NCBI GenBank assembly: GCA_016181245.1
Contig: JACOZR010000017.1
Span: forward strand, 1 to 50,207
Length of the DNA stretch: 50,207 nt
Reading direction: 5' to 3'
DNA from: Candidatus Woesearchaeota archaeon
GTDB lineage: Archaea; Nanobdellota; Nanobdellia; SCGC-AAA011-G17; GW2011-AR20
The stretch's first letter is position 1; each line of letters opens with the position of its first letter. The position numbers were made by a program, and so were the translations under genes. This document shows, piece after piece, positions 24,904 to 34,718 of the stretch. A model generated the notes under the pieces. That model ran no database searches and was not told the DNA's origin. It saw nothing but the letters and a program-made list of their open reading frames with translations.

Positions 24904-25103
24904 AGTACTGACACCTCTTTTTAATTTTAAATACTTATGTATCTACTATTATATAAATTAAGTTATTATTATTTACTACTCTACGAAGGTTCAATATTAT
25001 TTTCTTCTAATTTCAGTTGTAACCAAATTGGGGACAACTCAATTTTAGCAAACTCCCTATCTTTTATCCTGAAAAACCACGAGTGCCTTATCTTTGTCCA
25101 TTT

Positions 25104-25361
25104 CTAATCCTCTGGAAAAAATTCTTTATTAAAACATGCATCACACATTCCATTGTGCCAATCTTTGTTATGAGCTGAAATCTTACTTTTGCACTTTGAG
25201 CAATTGAAGTTCATCTCTTCATTATGCTTCATATGAAAAGTGCGCATCTTTGCCTTCATGTCATCTGGATTTAAAGTTTCAATGAAAGAGTCATCTGACC
25301 AGATGCTAGGCTTATCTACATTTTTTCTGTTAGGTACTTTCTTGGTCATTTTGGTCGCCAT
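25104..25361 (-). CDS. Small protein with a C-terminal Cys cluster
   Basis: CSKCKSK...CDAC motif. It overlaps the upstream gene by 16 nt. Confidence 0.55.
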   Translation of the reverse strand: MATKMTKKVPNRKNVDKPSIWSDDSFIETLNPDDMKAKMRTFHMKHNEEMNFNCSKCKSKISAHNKDWHNGMCDACFNKEFFPED

Positions 25362-26071
25362 TTCTTTATTCTTCCATCAATTTTGGCTAATCTATGGAGT
25401 TCTTTGTTTGTCTTATTAAGGTCAAAATACTCAAAATCAAAATCCTCTCCAAGCCATTCGGCAATTCTCTCTTTGTATTCTTTACGGTTTTTATTCTTCT
25501 TGATTTTTTGTAGTTCATAATACTCTGGAATGCTTCCACAATCTTCAGGCGGACAAGATCTTTCTCCACTTAAGCAAAAAGGAATGAAAGGAGCATCAGC
25601 GGAATCCAGAATTTTTTCAACAACTACAAAATGTTTCCAGTTGTCACCAAAATCGTATATGTAATTGAATCTTTGCTTTTCTAAATGAATTAAGATATTT
25701 ATCTTGGAGGTTAACTTGTAGGTGGCTGTCTTTTTGTTACGTTCTTGCTCTTTTAGAATTTTATTTACTTTATCAATATCTAAGGATGCAGAGCCATTTT
25801 TCAGCTTTGTTTGTTCAAGCATCTTAATAAACTCGGGTGACTCATATAATCTTTTGAGGCTATTTTCAGCTGGATTATGCCCTTCTTCATCTGGTGAAAT
25901 GCAAATGTCATTTATCTGAAACTCGAACATATGATAATTACCCCAGCCCATAACTGCTTGAATAGTGTTGTGCAGTTCCTGAAATGTGGCATTTTCTTTT
26001 ACTAAAAATCTTCGCCATATTTTTGGTGCTATGCCTTCTAGTGATATTTTTAGTTGGAGTATTTTTGACAT
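25346..26071 (-). CDS. pRiA4b ORF-3-like (PF07929-type) protein
   Basis: LQLKISLEGIAPKIWRRFLVKENATFQELHNTIQAVMGWGNYHMFEF matches the remembered family signature. Confidence 0.7.
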   Translation of the reverse strand: MSKILQLKISLEGIAPKIWRRFLVKENATFQELHNTIQAVMGWGNYHMFEFQINDICISPDEEGHNPAENSLKRLYESPEFIKMLEQTKLKNGSASLDIDKVNKILKEQERNKKTATYKLTSKINILIHLEKQRFNYIYDFGDNWKHFVVVEKILDSADAPFIPFCLSGERSCPPEDCGSIPEYYELQKIKKNKNRKEYKERIAEWLGEDFDFEYFDLNKTNKELHRLAKIDGRIKKWRPK

Positions 26072-26147
26072 ATTTAATTAATATATTGAATAATTATAAA
26101 ATTATGCTTTTATTAGCTATAAACCAAATGTTACGTAAATAATAATT

Positions 26148-26242
26148 ATTTCAAAAATACTATATTAAGATTTAGACGTTTTGATTTTCAAGAAGTAGTA
26201 CAATACATATTCATTTCAAAAATACTATATTAAGATTTAGAC
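26148..26242. CRISPR. Mini-CRISPR unit 2: two perfect copies of the same 30-bp repeat around a 35-bp spacer
   Basis: Repeats at 26148-26177 and 26213-26242. The spacer is GTTTTGATTTTCAAGAAGTAGTACAATACATATTC. Confidence 0.65.
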
Positions 26243-26254
26243 AACATTGAAAAT

Positions 26255-27580
26255 TCAAATCTTAGCCTTACTAACATTCACATTCTTAACTAAAATTTCT
26301 GGAACAAATCCAGGATCGTGAGCTTCCCAACTTTTTAATTGTTTTTTATCTCGGCTTATTGCAATAATGTTATTCATAATATTAAGCATGTTGTCGCTAA
26401 TTCTAATATTTTTTACAGAATTTTTTAGTTCACCATTTTTTATAACAAAACAGCCGTCTCTAGGTATAGTTGAAAAATCGCCAGTTAAATAGTTTTGATA
26501 ACGAGTATACCATACATTTGTAACATAAAGTCCGTTTTTAACTTCTTTAATTAAATCATTAACTTCAGAGCATTTTCCTTTTTCAATTATCAAATTAGAG
26601 GCATGAGGTTCTACTAAACCAGCATTTCCTGTTGATTGAGTTTTGTATTTTTTTGCTGTTGAAGAATTATGCAAGTATGTTTTTAAAATTCCATCTTTAA
26701 TTAATGAAGTTCTTTGTGTGGGAACTCCTTCATCATCAGTAGGAGTAGAGTTGTAGCCATTTTCTTTTGTGCCATCATCTATGAAATCTATTGAAGTAAC
26801 TTTTTTACCAATTTTATCTGTTAAAAAACTAATTCCAGCTTCAACTGAAAAAGGGGAGCAGCTTTCTGCTATTTGATTTGCAAATACAATAGTTGGCATT
26901 CTTCCAAAAACAATATCATATTTACCAGATTCTCCTTCTTTTGGAGATATAGAAAGTTTTGCTATTCTTGAAGATTCTTCAGAGCTTTTTTCAATTTCTA
27001 ATTGATTTAACATTCTAGAACAGGTATTGCTGTGACCAGAACCATCTTTGTTAAATGATCTTATAGAAAAGTAAAGATAAGTGCCTTTCAATTCTTTATC
27101 AACGTTATTTGAAGTCAATAATAATCCATTTTCTATGTTTTTTTCAAAAATTCCATTTGTTTTTTCTGCATTTTTTAAAGCAATATTAATTCCTTTTTGA
27201 ACATAATCTATTTCATCTATGGATTCTACTTTTTTATCGTATAAATCTTTAATATCGAAATACTTAAACTTACCATTAGCTATTCCATTATAATCTTTAT
27301 TAGCCTGTAAAAATGAAGAGAATTTTATTGAATAATTTACAAAAAGCTCTATTTGTTTCTTTAAATTTTTTGGATCTTTATCCTGGAAATTAGTAGCTAG
27401 AATTTTTTTATCTTTTGTAAAAAACACACCTAAACCGTACATCATTTCTAAGCCGTTTTTTACTACTTTGTTATTTGCGAATTTTATATTGACACCTTCA
27501 CTTTTAACAGCTCTTATAATTACATCATCAGCTCCTTTTTTCTTTAATTCTTTTAGTAAGTATTCAGCAGCTTCTCTCAT
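26255..27580 (-). CDS. pmbA: PmbA/TldE-family metallopeptidase partner
   Basis: TldD/PmbA-fold length and C-terminal pattern. ATGA overlap with tldD. The track's 27661 start is an over-extension. Confidence 0.8.
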   Translation of the reverse strand: MREAAEYLLKELKKKGADDVIIRAVKSEGVNIKFANNKVVKNGLEMMYGLGVFFTKDKKILATNFQDKDPKNLKKQIELFVNYSIKFSSFLQANKDYNGIANGKFKYFDIKDLYDKKVESIDEIDYVQKGINIALKNAEKTNGIFEKNIENGLLLTSNNVDKELKGTYLYFSIRSFNKDGSGHSNTCSRMLNQLEIEKSSEESSRIAKLSISPKEGESGKYDIVFGRMPTIVFANQIAESCSPFSVEAGISFLTDKIGKKVTSIDFIDDGTKENGYNSTPTDDEGVPTQRTSLIKDGILKTYLHNSSTAKKYKTQSTGNAGLVEPHASNLIIEKGKCSEVNDLIKEVKNGLYVTNVWYTRYQNYLTGDFSTIPRDGCFVIKNGELKNSVKNIRISDNMLNIMNNIIAISRDKKQLKSWEAHDPGFVPEILVKNVNVSKAKI

Positions 27581-28968
27581 CTTATGTAAACACCTCTTAA
27601 TCTCATGTGAGGACCACCCATATAGACGGGCATACTTTGTAGTGGTTCGCCTTTTCCACAAGGACCTGCAAAGTACTCCATTTTCTTAGATAAAGCATCT
27701 ACACTGCTCCATAAGGCAGGTGTTGTTATTTCCAAGACAGGAGCAATTACAGGCTTTGTTATTTTTCCATTTTCTATTAAATAAGCTTCACTTCCGACAT
27801 ATTTTTGCTGCCATCTTTTGTCATCAATATTCCATTCCATGAAGCTTTTAAGATAAAGTCCTTTTTTTACATCTTCAAAGATTTCAGTTTCAGAAAAATT
27901 ACCAGGCTCAACAAGAGTATTACTCATTCTAATTAAAGGCTCACGGTCAAAAGCTGAAGCTCTGGCTGAACCATTACTTTTTAAGTTAAATTCAAAAGCT
28001 GTTTGCCTGTTTTGCAGGAATTCAGTAATTATCCCTTTTTTTTGCAAATATTTTTTTCTTGCCTTTACACCTTCATCATCATAAAGATAGTAGCCATAAC
28101 TGCCTTCCATTGTAGGATCATCATAAATATTTACAGATTCACTGCCTATTTTTTCTCCAACCATGTCTCTTTTGACAAAACTTTCTCCTGCTTGTGCTCC
28201 TTCTCTGCCTAGAATTCTGTCTGCTTCTAAGGGATGGCCACAGCTTTCATGGACTGCAATACCTGTTACCTCAGGAGCTGTTATTAAGTCCATTGTTCCA
28301 GGTTTTATTGTTATTCCATTTTTTAGATTATCAGTTAAAGCTTTGACTTCTTTTGCAAGAGCTTCATGTATATTCCAGTCTTTAAAGCATTCATAACCTG
28401 CTGTACTTCCATGCATGAAATGCCTTTGTATTGATTTTTTACCATGTAATAAAGTTAAGAAATAAAATAATGTAGTTCGAGGAATTTCAGATATAATTTT
28501 TGAGCCATCACTATTAATATAGTATTTTTTTGTTAATGTGTCATCTACACTTATGAATCTATTATCAACATTTTTAATTATTTTATCAATTTCAAAGATT
28601 TTTTTTAATTTATCATCAGGATTTTCATTTAATTTTCTTTTAATAGCATATTTTGCTGTGTAAGCTTTTTCTTCTGAAAACTTGGTTTTTTCTCCAATTT
28701 TGCTTGAATTTTTTGTTACTCTAATTGCTTTTTCTATGATAGTTTTTATTTTTTCTTTTTCTAATAAATTAATGTTTAAGAAACCTAAAGTGTCATTTAC
28801 TGTGAATCTTATGCCTAAACCCGTTATTTCACTAAAAGAAGCTACTTCTAAATTTCCATTTTTTAAAACAAAATCATTGGAACTAGACTCTTCCAGCCTT
28901 ACTTCTGCGTATTTCGCTCCTTTATCTCTAAGATACTTTAATGAGAAATCTGCTAAATCTTCATACAT
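27577..28968 (-). CDS. tldD: TldD-family metallopeptidase
   Basis: Contains the VHESCGHPLEAD (HExxxH) motif. Confidence 0.85.
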   Translation of the reverse strand: MYEDLADFSLKYLRDKGAKYAEVRLEESSSNDFVLKNGNLEVASFSEITGLGIRFTVNDTLGFLNINLLEKEKIKTIIEKAIRVTKNSSKIGEKTKFSEEKAYTAKYAIKRKLNENPDDKLKKIFEIDKIIKNVDNRFISVDDTLTKKYYINSDGSKIISEIPRTTLFYFLTLLHGKKSIQRHFMHGSTAGYECFKDWNIHEALAKEVKALTDNLKNGITIKPGTMDLITAPEVTGIAVHESCGHPLEADRILGREGAQAGESFVKRDMVGEKIGSESVNIYDDPTMEGSYGYYLYDDEGVKARKKYLQKKGIITEFLQNRQTAFEFNLKSNGSARASAFDREPLIRMSNTLVEPGNFSETEIFEDVKKGLYLKSFMEWNIDDKRWQQKYVGSEAYLIENGKITKPVIAPVLEITTPALWSSVDALSKKMEYFAGPCGKGEPLQSMPVYMGGPHMRLRGVYIR

Positions 28969-29021
28969 AAATATTAGTAATTAAATAAGATTTATATAGT
29001 TATTTGTGATTTTCTGCAAAA

Positions 29022-30076
29022 TGGATGATGCAAGAATTAAGAAAGTGGCTGATATTTTAGTTAATTATTCTTTAAAAATTAAAAAAGGAGAATTTGTGCA
29101 GATACTGGCTGATACTGAGGCAGAACCTTTACTAAAGGAAATTTATACTCTTTTATTAAAAAAAGGAGCTTTTCCTATTTTGAAGATAGATTTTCCATGG
29201 CAGGCTTATACTTATTACAAAAATGCTTCTGATGAGCAATTAAACCATTTTCCTGAATTAAGTTTAGAGGAAATGAAGAAAATGGATGCTTTTATCAGGA
29301 TTGATGCTGGAAGGAATGCTAGAAGCTTAACTAATATTGATCCTAAAAAAATAAGTTTAAGGCAAAAAATTGTTGATCCTATTAACAAAGAGAGATTAAA
29401 GAAGAAATGGGTAATATTTGATTATCCTAGTGATTCTTTAGCTCAGGAAGCTGAAATGAGCACTGAGGAATTTGAAGATTTTGTTTATGATGCTTGTATA
29501 CAGGATTGGGAAAAGAAATCTAAATCAATGGATAGAATTGTTGATATTATGAATGGAGATATAGTTAGAATTGTTGGAGATAATACTGATATTACATTAA
29601 GCATTGGCGGAAGAAAATGGGTAAAAGGAGATGGAAGATGCAACATGCCTGATGGAGAAATATTTACTGCTCCTAATGAAAAAACGACTGAAGGTTTTAT
29701 TGAATTTGATTTAGCTACAATTAGAGGTGGGAGAGAGGTTGCGGGTGTTAAGTTGGAATTTAACAAGGGTAAGGTTGTAAAGGCTAGCGCTGTTAAAAAT
29801 AATGATTATTTGCAAGGTATGTTGAATACTGATGAAGGAGCCAGATATTTAGGTGAGTTGGGAATTGGATTAAATGAAGGAATTACTAAACCTGTAAGGA
29901 ATATTTTATTTGATGAAAAAATTAATTCTACTATTCATTTAGCAATTGGAAGCGCTTATGCTGAGTGTGGCGGTGTAAATAAAAGTGCAGTTCATTGGGA
30001 TTTTATTAAAACAATGAAAAATGGAAAAATATTCTTAGATGGAAAATTAGTTTATGAGAATGGGAAATTTTTATAA
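29022..30076 (+). CDS. M29-family aminopeptidase (AmpS/PepS-like)
   Basis: Contains ADILVNYSLKIKKGEFVQI, DGEIFTAP and HLAIGSAY. Confidence 0.8.
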
Positions 30077-30092
30077 TCTGGCTTTTATTTTA

Positions 30093-30533
30093 TTAAAAAT
30101 TAATGTTTCTCTTTTGGTTAAATTCGGCTAATCTAATAGGGAGGTGATCTAAGTCTAATAGGCTTCTAGGTTCTTCACTATAATAACTTTTTCCCGTTGG
30201 AGATTCTTCTATTGTCATACGTTTTTGAAACGACGGGTGATAAATTTTTGTAATTATACATTCTCCCTTTGTCATCATATCTCCCATAGTTTGTTCTAAT
30301 ACAATGCCATTACCCCAATATAACCATCTCCCATCTATATCTTCAACAAGAAATATTCTGGCTGGAAAATGATTATAAACTACTTCACCTTTAGCATGGA
30401 AACTTATTACCTTGCCTAAAAATCTTCTTGAGGACTCTGGATCTGCAACATGTTGTTCAAGATTTAGCTCTAATGGAAATCCGTTTTCTTTTGTAAGCTT
30501 CAATGTATCTTTGAATTCTACTGTTGTTCCCAT
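30093..30533 (-). CDS. Hypothetical protein (146 aa)
   Basis: ORF only. Confidence 0.55.
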   Translation of the reverse strand: MGTTVEFKDTLKLTKENGFPLELNLEQHVADPESSRRFLGKVISFHAKGEVVYNHFPARIFLVEDIDGRWLYWGNGIVLEQTMGDMMTKGECIITKIYHPSFQKRMTIEESPTGKSYYSEEPRSLLDLDHLPIRLAEFNQKRNINF

Positions 30534-30633
30534 ATTATATTAAATTCCAGAAAAATATATAAATTGTGTCTTTACTTGTCCTTCTTTTATTTTAGTTAGC
30601 TTTATAATTTTTCCTAGTTACTAACTTTATAAA

Positions 30634-30984
30634 ATGACTATAATTCAAGATTTAACTCGAGACTCTGTAAGAAGAGCTAAAATTTTAGAGTTAAAGGCGC
30701 AAGTAATAAGGGAAAGGGCTAGAGTTAGAACTGAGGAATTTCCAAGATTTGCAGCTTTAGACTTTACAAGATGGCATTTTACTTTTCCACATTATACTTC
30801 TCCATTAAAAGGATATTCCCCTCAGCAATTTGCTGAGTTTAAAGATGCTGTTGAAACTGCGGATAGTGAACTCGGGGTTTTAACAACTAGAGTTACAAGC
30901 TTATATGGAACTGGTAATGTTGAAGGTAATATCGAGCTTATAGTAACTTTGGTGTTGGGACTCAATATGCTTTCCCTGTATTGA
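30634..30984 (+). CDS. Hypothetical protein (116 aa). It may be the 5' part of a frameshifted longer gene.
   Basis: ORF. The next frame is open from 30930. Confidence 0.45.
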   Translation: MTIIQDLTRDSVRRAKILELKAQVIRERARVRTEEFPRFAALDFTRWHFTFPHYTSPLKGYSPQQFAEFKDAVETADSELGVLTTRVTSLYGTGNVEGNIELIVTLVLGLNMLSLY

Positions 30985-31349
30985 AAGGAGTTCATGTATC
31001 TTGGGATACTTACGCATTACCCACTTTTTTTGAAAGTCCGCAATTAGGAAGAACTGTTTTTTTTGATTTTGGATGGGAAGCAAAAACACTTGACCTTAGT
31101 GGGGATATAAAAGATTGTGTTGTAAGGGAAAAACATTCAGAAACACGACAATTAAGTTTTCGTATTGTTCATGATAAAGATGGAAAAATTGTGCCATGGT
31201 ATAGGATGCAAGGATTTTTTTATAATTCTGCTTTTCCTGAAATAGGAACTGTTTTAGAAGCTAGGTTAAGCAAGTTAAACCCACAAGAACAGTTATATTT
31301 AGACAATACCAGATTTGGCAATGTAGAAGTGCCAGATTATCTTCTTTAA
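30981..31349 (+). CDS. Hypothetical protein (122 aa, TTG start). It may be the 3' part of the same gene.
   Basis: There is no ATG start. The frame is open 51 nt upstream of the called start. Confidence 0.45.
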   Translation: MKGVHVSWDTYALPTFFESPQLGRTVFFDFGWEAKTLDLSGDIKDCVVREKHSETRQLSFRIVHDKDGKIVPWYRMQGFFYNSAFPEIGTVLEARLSKLNPQEQLYLDNTRFGNVEVPDYLL

Positions 31350-31395
31350 ATAACTATCAGAAAGACATATAAACGAAAATATATTTTCAATCACA

Positions 31396-32313
31396 ATGGG
31401 ATTTTTTAGAGGTCTTGGCACAGTTTTTGTATCTATACTCCTTATTTTTACTGTTTTTACTGCAAGTATTGGTGTTACAGTTTATTCTATAATGCTTTAT
31501 CCTGATGTGTATAAAGAAGCATTAGAAAAAGTTGACGTTGAAAAACTTGCTCAGGAAAAAATTCCATTAAAAGATATTCCTATACCAATTCCTCCTGAAC
31601 TTGCTTCAGAGAACTTAAAAAAGACCTTTTTTATTTTATTATCTGATGTTTTGGCTTATGCGCGTTCTGATAAAAACGAATTGACTTTTAAGATAAATGT
31701 AAACCAGGATGAAATTCTTAGCTTTTTTGAGCAACAGGCACAAGCTTTTCCAGTTTGTAGCGCCAATCAAATACCTTTTGAGAATGGGGAGCCTAAGTGC
31801 AGACCTGCTCAAATCCCTGTGAAGGAATTTTTAATAACTGTTCTTGAGCAAAAAAACTTTTCAATAGGGCAAATTTCCAATGCTGACTTGATTCAGGTTT
31901 GGGACCCTCAAAATAACAGGGCTAAATTAAGACAATATGTTACTTGGTTCAGATATGGGATTTATGCTTCTTTATTATTAATATTGTTACTCGTATCTTT
32001 TATATGGCTATTAAGAAAACCTTCAATTAAATCTTTTGCTAGAACTATTGGTATTAACTTTATTCTAGTTGGAAGTATGCTTTTAGCTATATTCTTTGTT
32101 GCTAATAAAATTCCTATAACTCACCTTCCAGAGGGATTTGCCGAACTTGCCCTTTCAGTTATAGATGTTTTCAAAGAAGCTATTTTAGGCAAAATCTTAA
32201 TATTTGGAGTTGTGTTTGTTTTAATAGGTGTTATTGGCTTAATATTTTCTTTTATTAAGAAAGATAAATTGGAACCTGTTAAGAAAGTTAAAAAAGTTTC
32301 TAAGAAGAAATAA
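31396..32313 (+). CDS. Integral membrane protein
   Basis: One N-terminal helix and three C-terminal hydrophobic helices. Confidence 0.6.
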   Translation: MGFFRGLGTVFVSILLIFTVFTASIGVTVYSIMLYPDVYKEALEKVDVEKLAQEKIPLKDIPIPIPPELASENLKKTFFILLSDVLAYARSDKNELTFKINVNQDEILSFFEQQAQAFPVCSANQIPFENGEPKCRPAQIPVKEFLITVLEQKNFSIGQISNADLIQVWDPQNNRAKLRQYVTWFRYGIYASLLLILLLVSFIWLLRKPSIKSFARTIGINFILVGSMLLAIFFVANKIPITHLPEGFAELALSVIDVFKEAILGKILIFGVVFVLIGVIGLIFSFIKKDKLEPVKKVKKVSKKK

Positions 32314-33313
32314 CTATTTCTTTATTTACTTTAGTTAAAACTTCTTTGTTTAGAATGACGTCTTCAATTCTGATTCCGTACTTATTGTAAATTCCAGGTT
32401 CAACTGTGTAAATCATGTTACTTGTTATTTTTTCTTTTGATTTTTCACTTAGATTAGGAAGTTCGTGAATGTCTATACCTATTCCATGGCCTAGACTATG
32501 AATGAAATCTTTACCTAGAATTTTTTTGGCTTTTAAGAATAATTTAGATGCTTTAACCTCTTTACATTTTATTGATTCTTCCTGAATTTTTAGAACTTTG
32601 TTGTAATCTTCTATTTCTTTTTTTGAGGGACTACCGATGTAGATTGTTCTTGTAATGTCTGAGCAATAATTTTTATAATTAACTCCTAAGTCTATTATTG
32701 TAAATCCTTTAAGCTTTTTATTTTCTGAAATATGATGTGAATTTTTTGAGTTGTTATTAGAAGCTACAATTGGCGTAAAAGAAGACTCTAAATTTAATTT
32801 TTTAATTTCATTTTCAATAAAATATTTAACTTCTATTTCTGTTTTGTCTTTATTACAAAAATCAATTGCTTTTTTCATTATTGATGAAGCTATTAAACAA
32901 GATTCTTTTAATAATTTAATCTCATTTTTAGTTTTTAAAGTTCTTAATTCTGAAACTTTTTCACTAATGTCTATAAACTTAGATTTAATTTCTTTTTTTA
33001 TGTTTTTTAACCTTGTTAGAGTTATACAATTATAGTTTAAGCCAATAGTTTTTTCTTTTATTTCTTTTAATGATTTTAATTCTCTAACATCTTTTATTAT
33101 TGAGTATTTTTTAGCAATGTTTAATTCTAAAATTGAGACTAATAAATGAGGAGCTTTAGAGGAAGGTATTACTAATATTCCGTTTATATCAGCTGATGAA
33201 GGAATTTGGGTAAAATAACAGAAACTAGAATCTCTTATTTTCTCATTGTTAAAGAATAAGGCTAAATCAATATTTTTTTCCTTTAAGTAATTTTGAAATT
33301 CTTTTATTTTCAT
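32300..33313 (-). CDS. M24-family Xaa-Pro peptidase
   Basis: Contains HSLGHGIGIDIHE, TVEPGIY and IRIEDV. Confidence 0.8.
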   Translation of the reverse strand: MKIKEFQNYLKEKNIDLALFFNNEKIRDSSFCYFTQIPSSADINGILVIPSSKAPHLLVSILELNIAKKYSIIKDVRELKSLKEIKEKTIGLNYNCITLTRLKNIKKEIKSKFIDISEKVSELRTLKTKNEIKLLKESCLIASSIMKKAIDFCNKDKTEIEVKYFIENEIKKLNLESSFTPIVASNNNSKNSHHISENKKLKGFTIIDLGVNYKNYCSDITRTIYIGSPSKKEIEDYNKVLKIQEESIKCKEVKASKLFLKAKKILGKDFIHSLGHGIGIDIHELPNLSEKSKEKITSNMIYTVEPGIYNKYGIRIEDVILNKEVLTKVNKEIVISS

Positions 33314-34251
33314 ATTAGCTTTCCAGATTTCATTATAACTTTTCCATCCATTATTATTGTCGGATCTTTAATTATTAAATCTAGATGCATACCTGCTTTT
33401 ACTTTTCCGCCCATGCTGAAATTAGAGCCAAAGGCTATGTGACATGTACCTAATGCTTTTTCATCTTGTAAAGTGTTTCCTATTATCTTAGCCTTATAGT
33501 TTGTACCTATTCCGAATTCCGCTAAATTAGTACCATTTTCTACTTCTTTGAATAATTTTGCTATTTTTGAATTTTTATCTGAAACTTCTATAGCTTCTCC
33601 GTTTTTCACTGTTATTTCTGTTCCTTCATGAGCGTAGATTTCTTCATCTTTTCTAAAAGAATCTATCATTATTTTTCCATTTGCTGTTCCTTCTAATGGC
33701 GAAATGAAAACTTCTCCTGCTGGAAGATTACCTGAATTTCTTATCTTCCCAATTTTTCCAGTATCAGCAATCCATCTTCTTGTTTTAACTGAAAAAGATA
33801 TATTGGTTCCTTTACTTGTTTTTACTTCAACAAACTTTGAATTGTTTACTATTCCCAAAACTTTTAGTGTATATTTTTCAACTTCGTCATAATCGGCTAA
33901 CATACTTTCATTCATTATTGCTTCCGTTATTCCTGGCAATGTTGCTACTCTTACTCCTTTACTAGCTGCATCTTTTGATGCGCGAGTATGAGTTATACTT
34001 CTTGTTGTTGGTGCTAAGATAACATCATAATCTAACATTTTTTTTGCTACCTCTTCAGGAGGTTCTACACCATTCACTGCAGGTATCGGTATTTCAATTA
34101 AATCAACTTTTTTTGCAATAGATTTAGCTAAATTATAAATTGATTCGGCTATTTGTTTTCTTTTTTCATCTGTTATTATTAAAACTGATTCACTTTTCTT
34201 TACTTCTAAGCATTTATTCAATATTATTTCTGCTTGTTTTTGATATTTCAT
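33310..34251 (-). CDS. Short aminopeptidase-like protein (M29-related fold)
   Basis: N-terminal IILNKCLEVKKSESVLIITD, GNLPAGEVFISP and HIAFGSN. Confidence 0.65.
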   Translation of the reverse strand: MKYQKQAEIILNKCLEVKKSESVLIITDEKRKQIAESIYNLAKSIAKKVDLIEIPIPAVNGVEPPEEVAKKMLDYDVILAPTTRSITHTRASKDAASKGVRVATLPGITEAIMNESMLADYDEVEKYTLKVLGIVNNSKFVEVKTSKGTNISFSVKTRRWIADTGKIGKIRNSGNLPAGEVFISPLEGTANGKIMIDSFRKDEEIYAHEGTEITVKNGEAIEVSDKNSKIAKLFKEVENGTNLAEFGIGTNYKAKIIGNTLQDEKALGTCHIAFGSNFSMGGKVKAGMHLDLIIKDPTIIMDGKVIMKSGKLI

Positions 34252-34300
34252 AAACCTCTAATTTTTACTTAATTTAAATAGGTAATTGTTTTTTGAGATT

Positions 34301-34717
34301 TTATTCTGTAAGAAATTGTTCTAGTCTTTCTTTTGTTTTAATGTCCTGTTGATATAGCATTGCCTCTTTTTCTGCTTCATACATTGTTCTTATTTGGTCA
34401 ACATTTTTGTACACTATGCTATCTCCTATGACAATTCCATAAAATGGGATATCTCTTCCTCCAGAGGTAGTTAATAAAATGTCTTCTATCCCATCAGAAT
34501 TGATATTTTTAATTCTAATCTCATTAATTCTATTCTTTTCTACTATTTCTATTACCTCTCGTTCTCTCTTCTCTTTCTCATAATTAGCCAAATAGACAAA
34601 AGGAGGGGATAGACAAGCAGTTATAGCTACATAGATTATATAGTCCATTCTTTTCGATAAAAATTTTCTTAATGAAGATTCTTTATTTTCCTTTTTGTTT
34701 TGTGATTCTTGAGCCAT
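34301..34717 (-). CDS. Membrane-anchored protein with one DxDxDG-like (FG-GAP-type) motif
   Basis: NINSDGIEDILL motif. Paralogous to the upstream gene. ATG at 34717. Confidence 0.55.
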   Translation of the reverse strand: MAQESQNKKENKESSLRKFLSKRMDYIIYVAITACLSPPFVYLANYEKEKREREVIEIVEKNRINEIRIKNINSDGIEDILLTTSGGRDIPFYGIVIGDSIVYKNVDQIRTMYEAEKEAMLYQQDIKTKERLEQFLTE

Positions 34718-34718
34718 T

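Noticed and set aside
24990-25101. A 14-codon ORF (MDKDKALVVFQDKR) reminiscent of the N-terminus of Bro-N/antirepressor-like proteins, as a possible pseudogene
   Set aside because: Downstream sequence has stops in that frame, and the other frames do not continue the family pattern. The fragment is too short to support any call.
27581-27661. Extended start of pmbA, and similarly 37615-37827 for the second trmB-like gene
   Set aside because: These extensions run into the upstream gene (tldD) or across a divergent promoter. Internal ATGs at 27580 and 37828 give canonical N-termini and an ATGA coupling.
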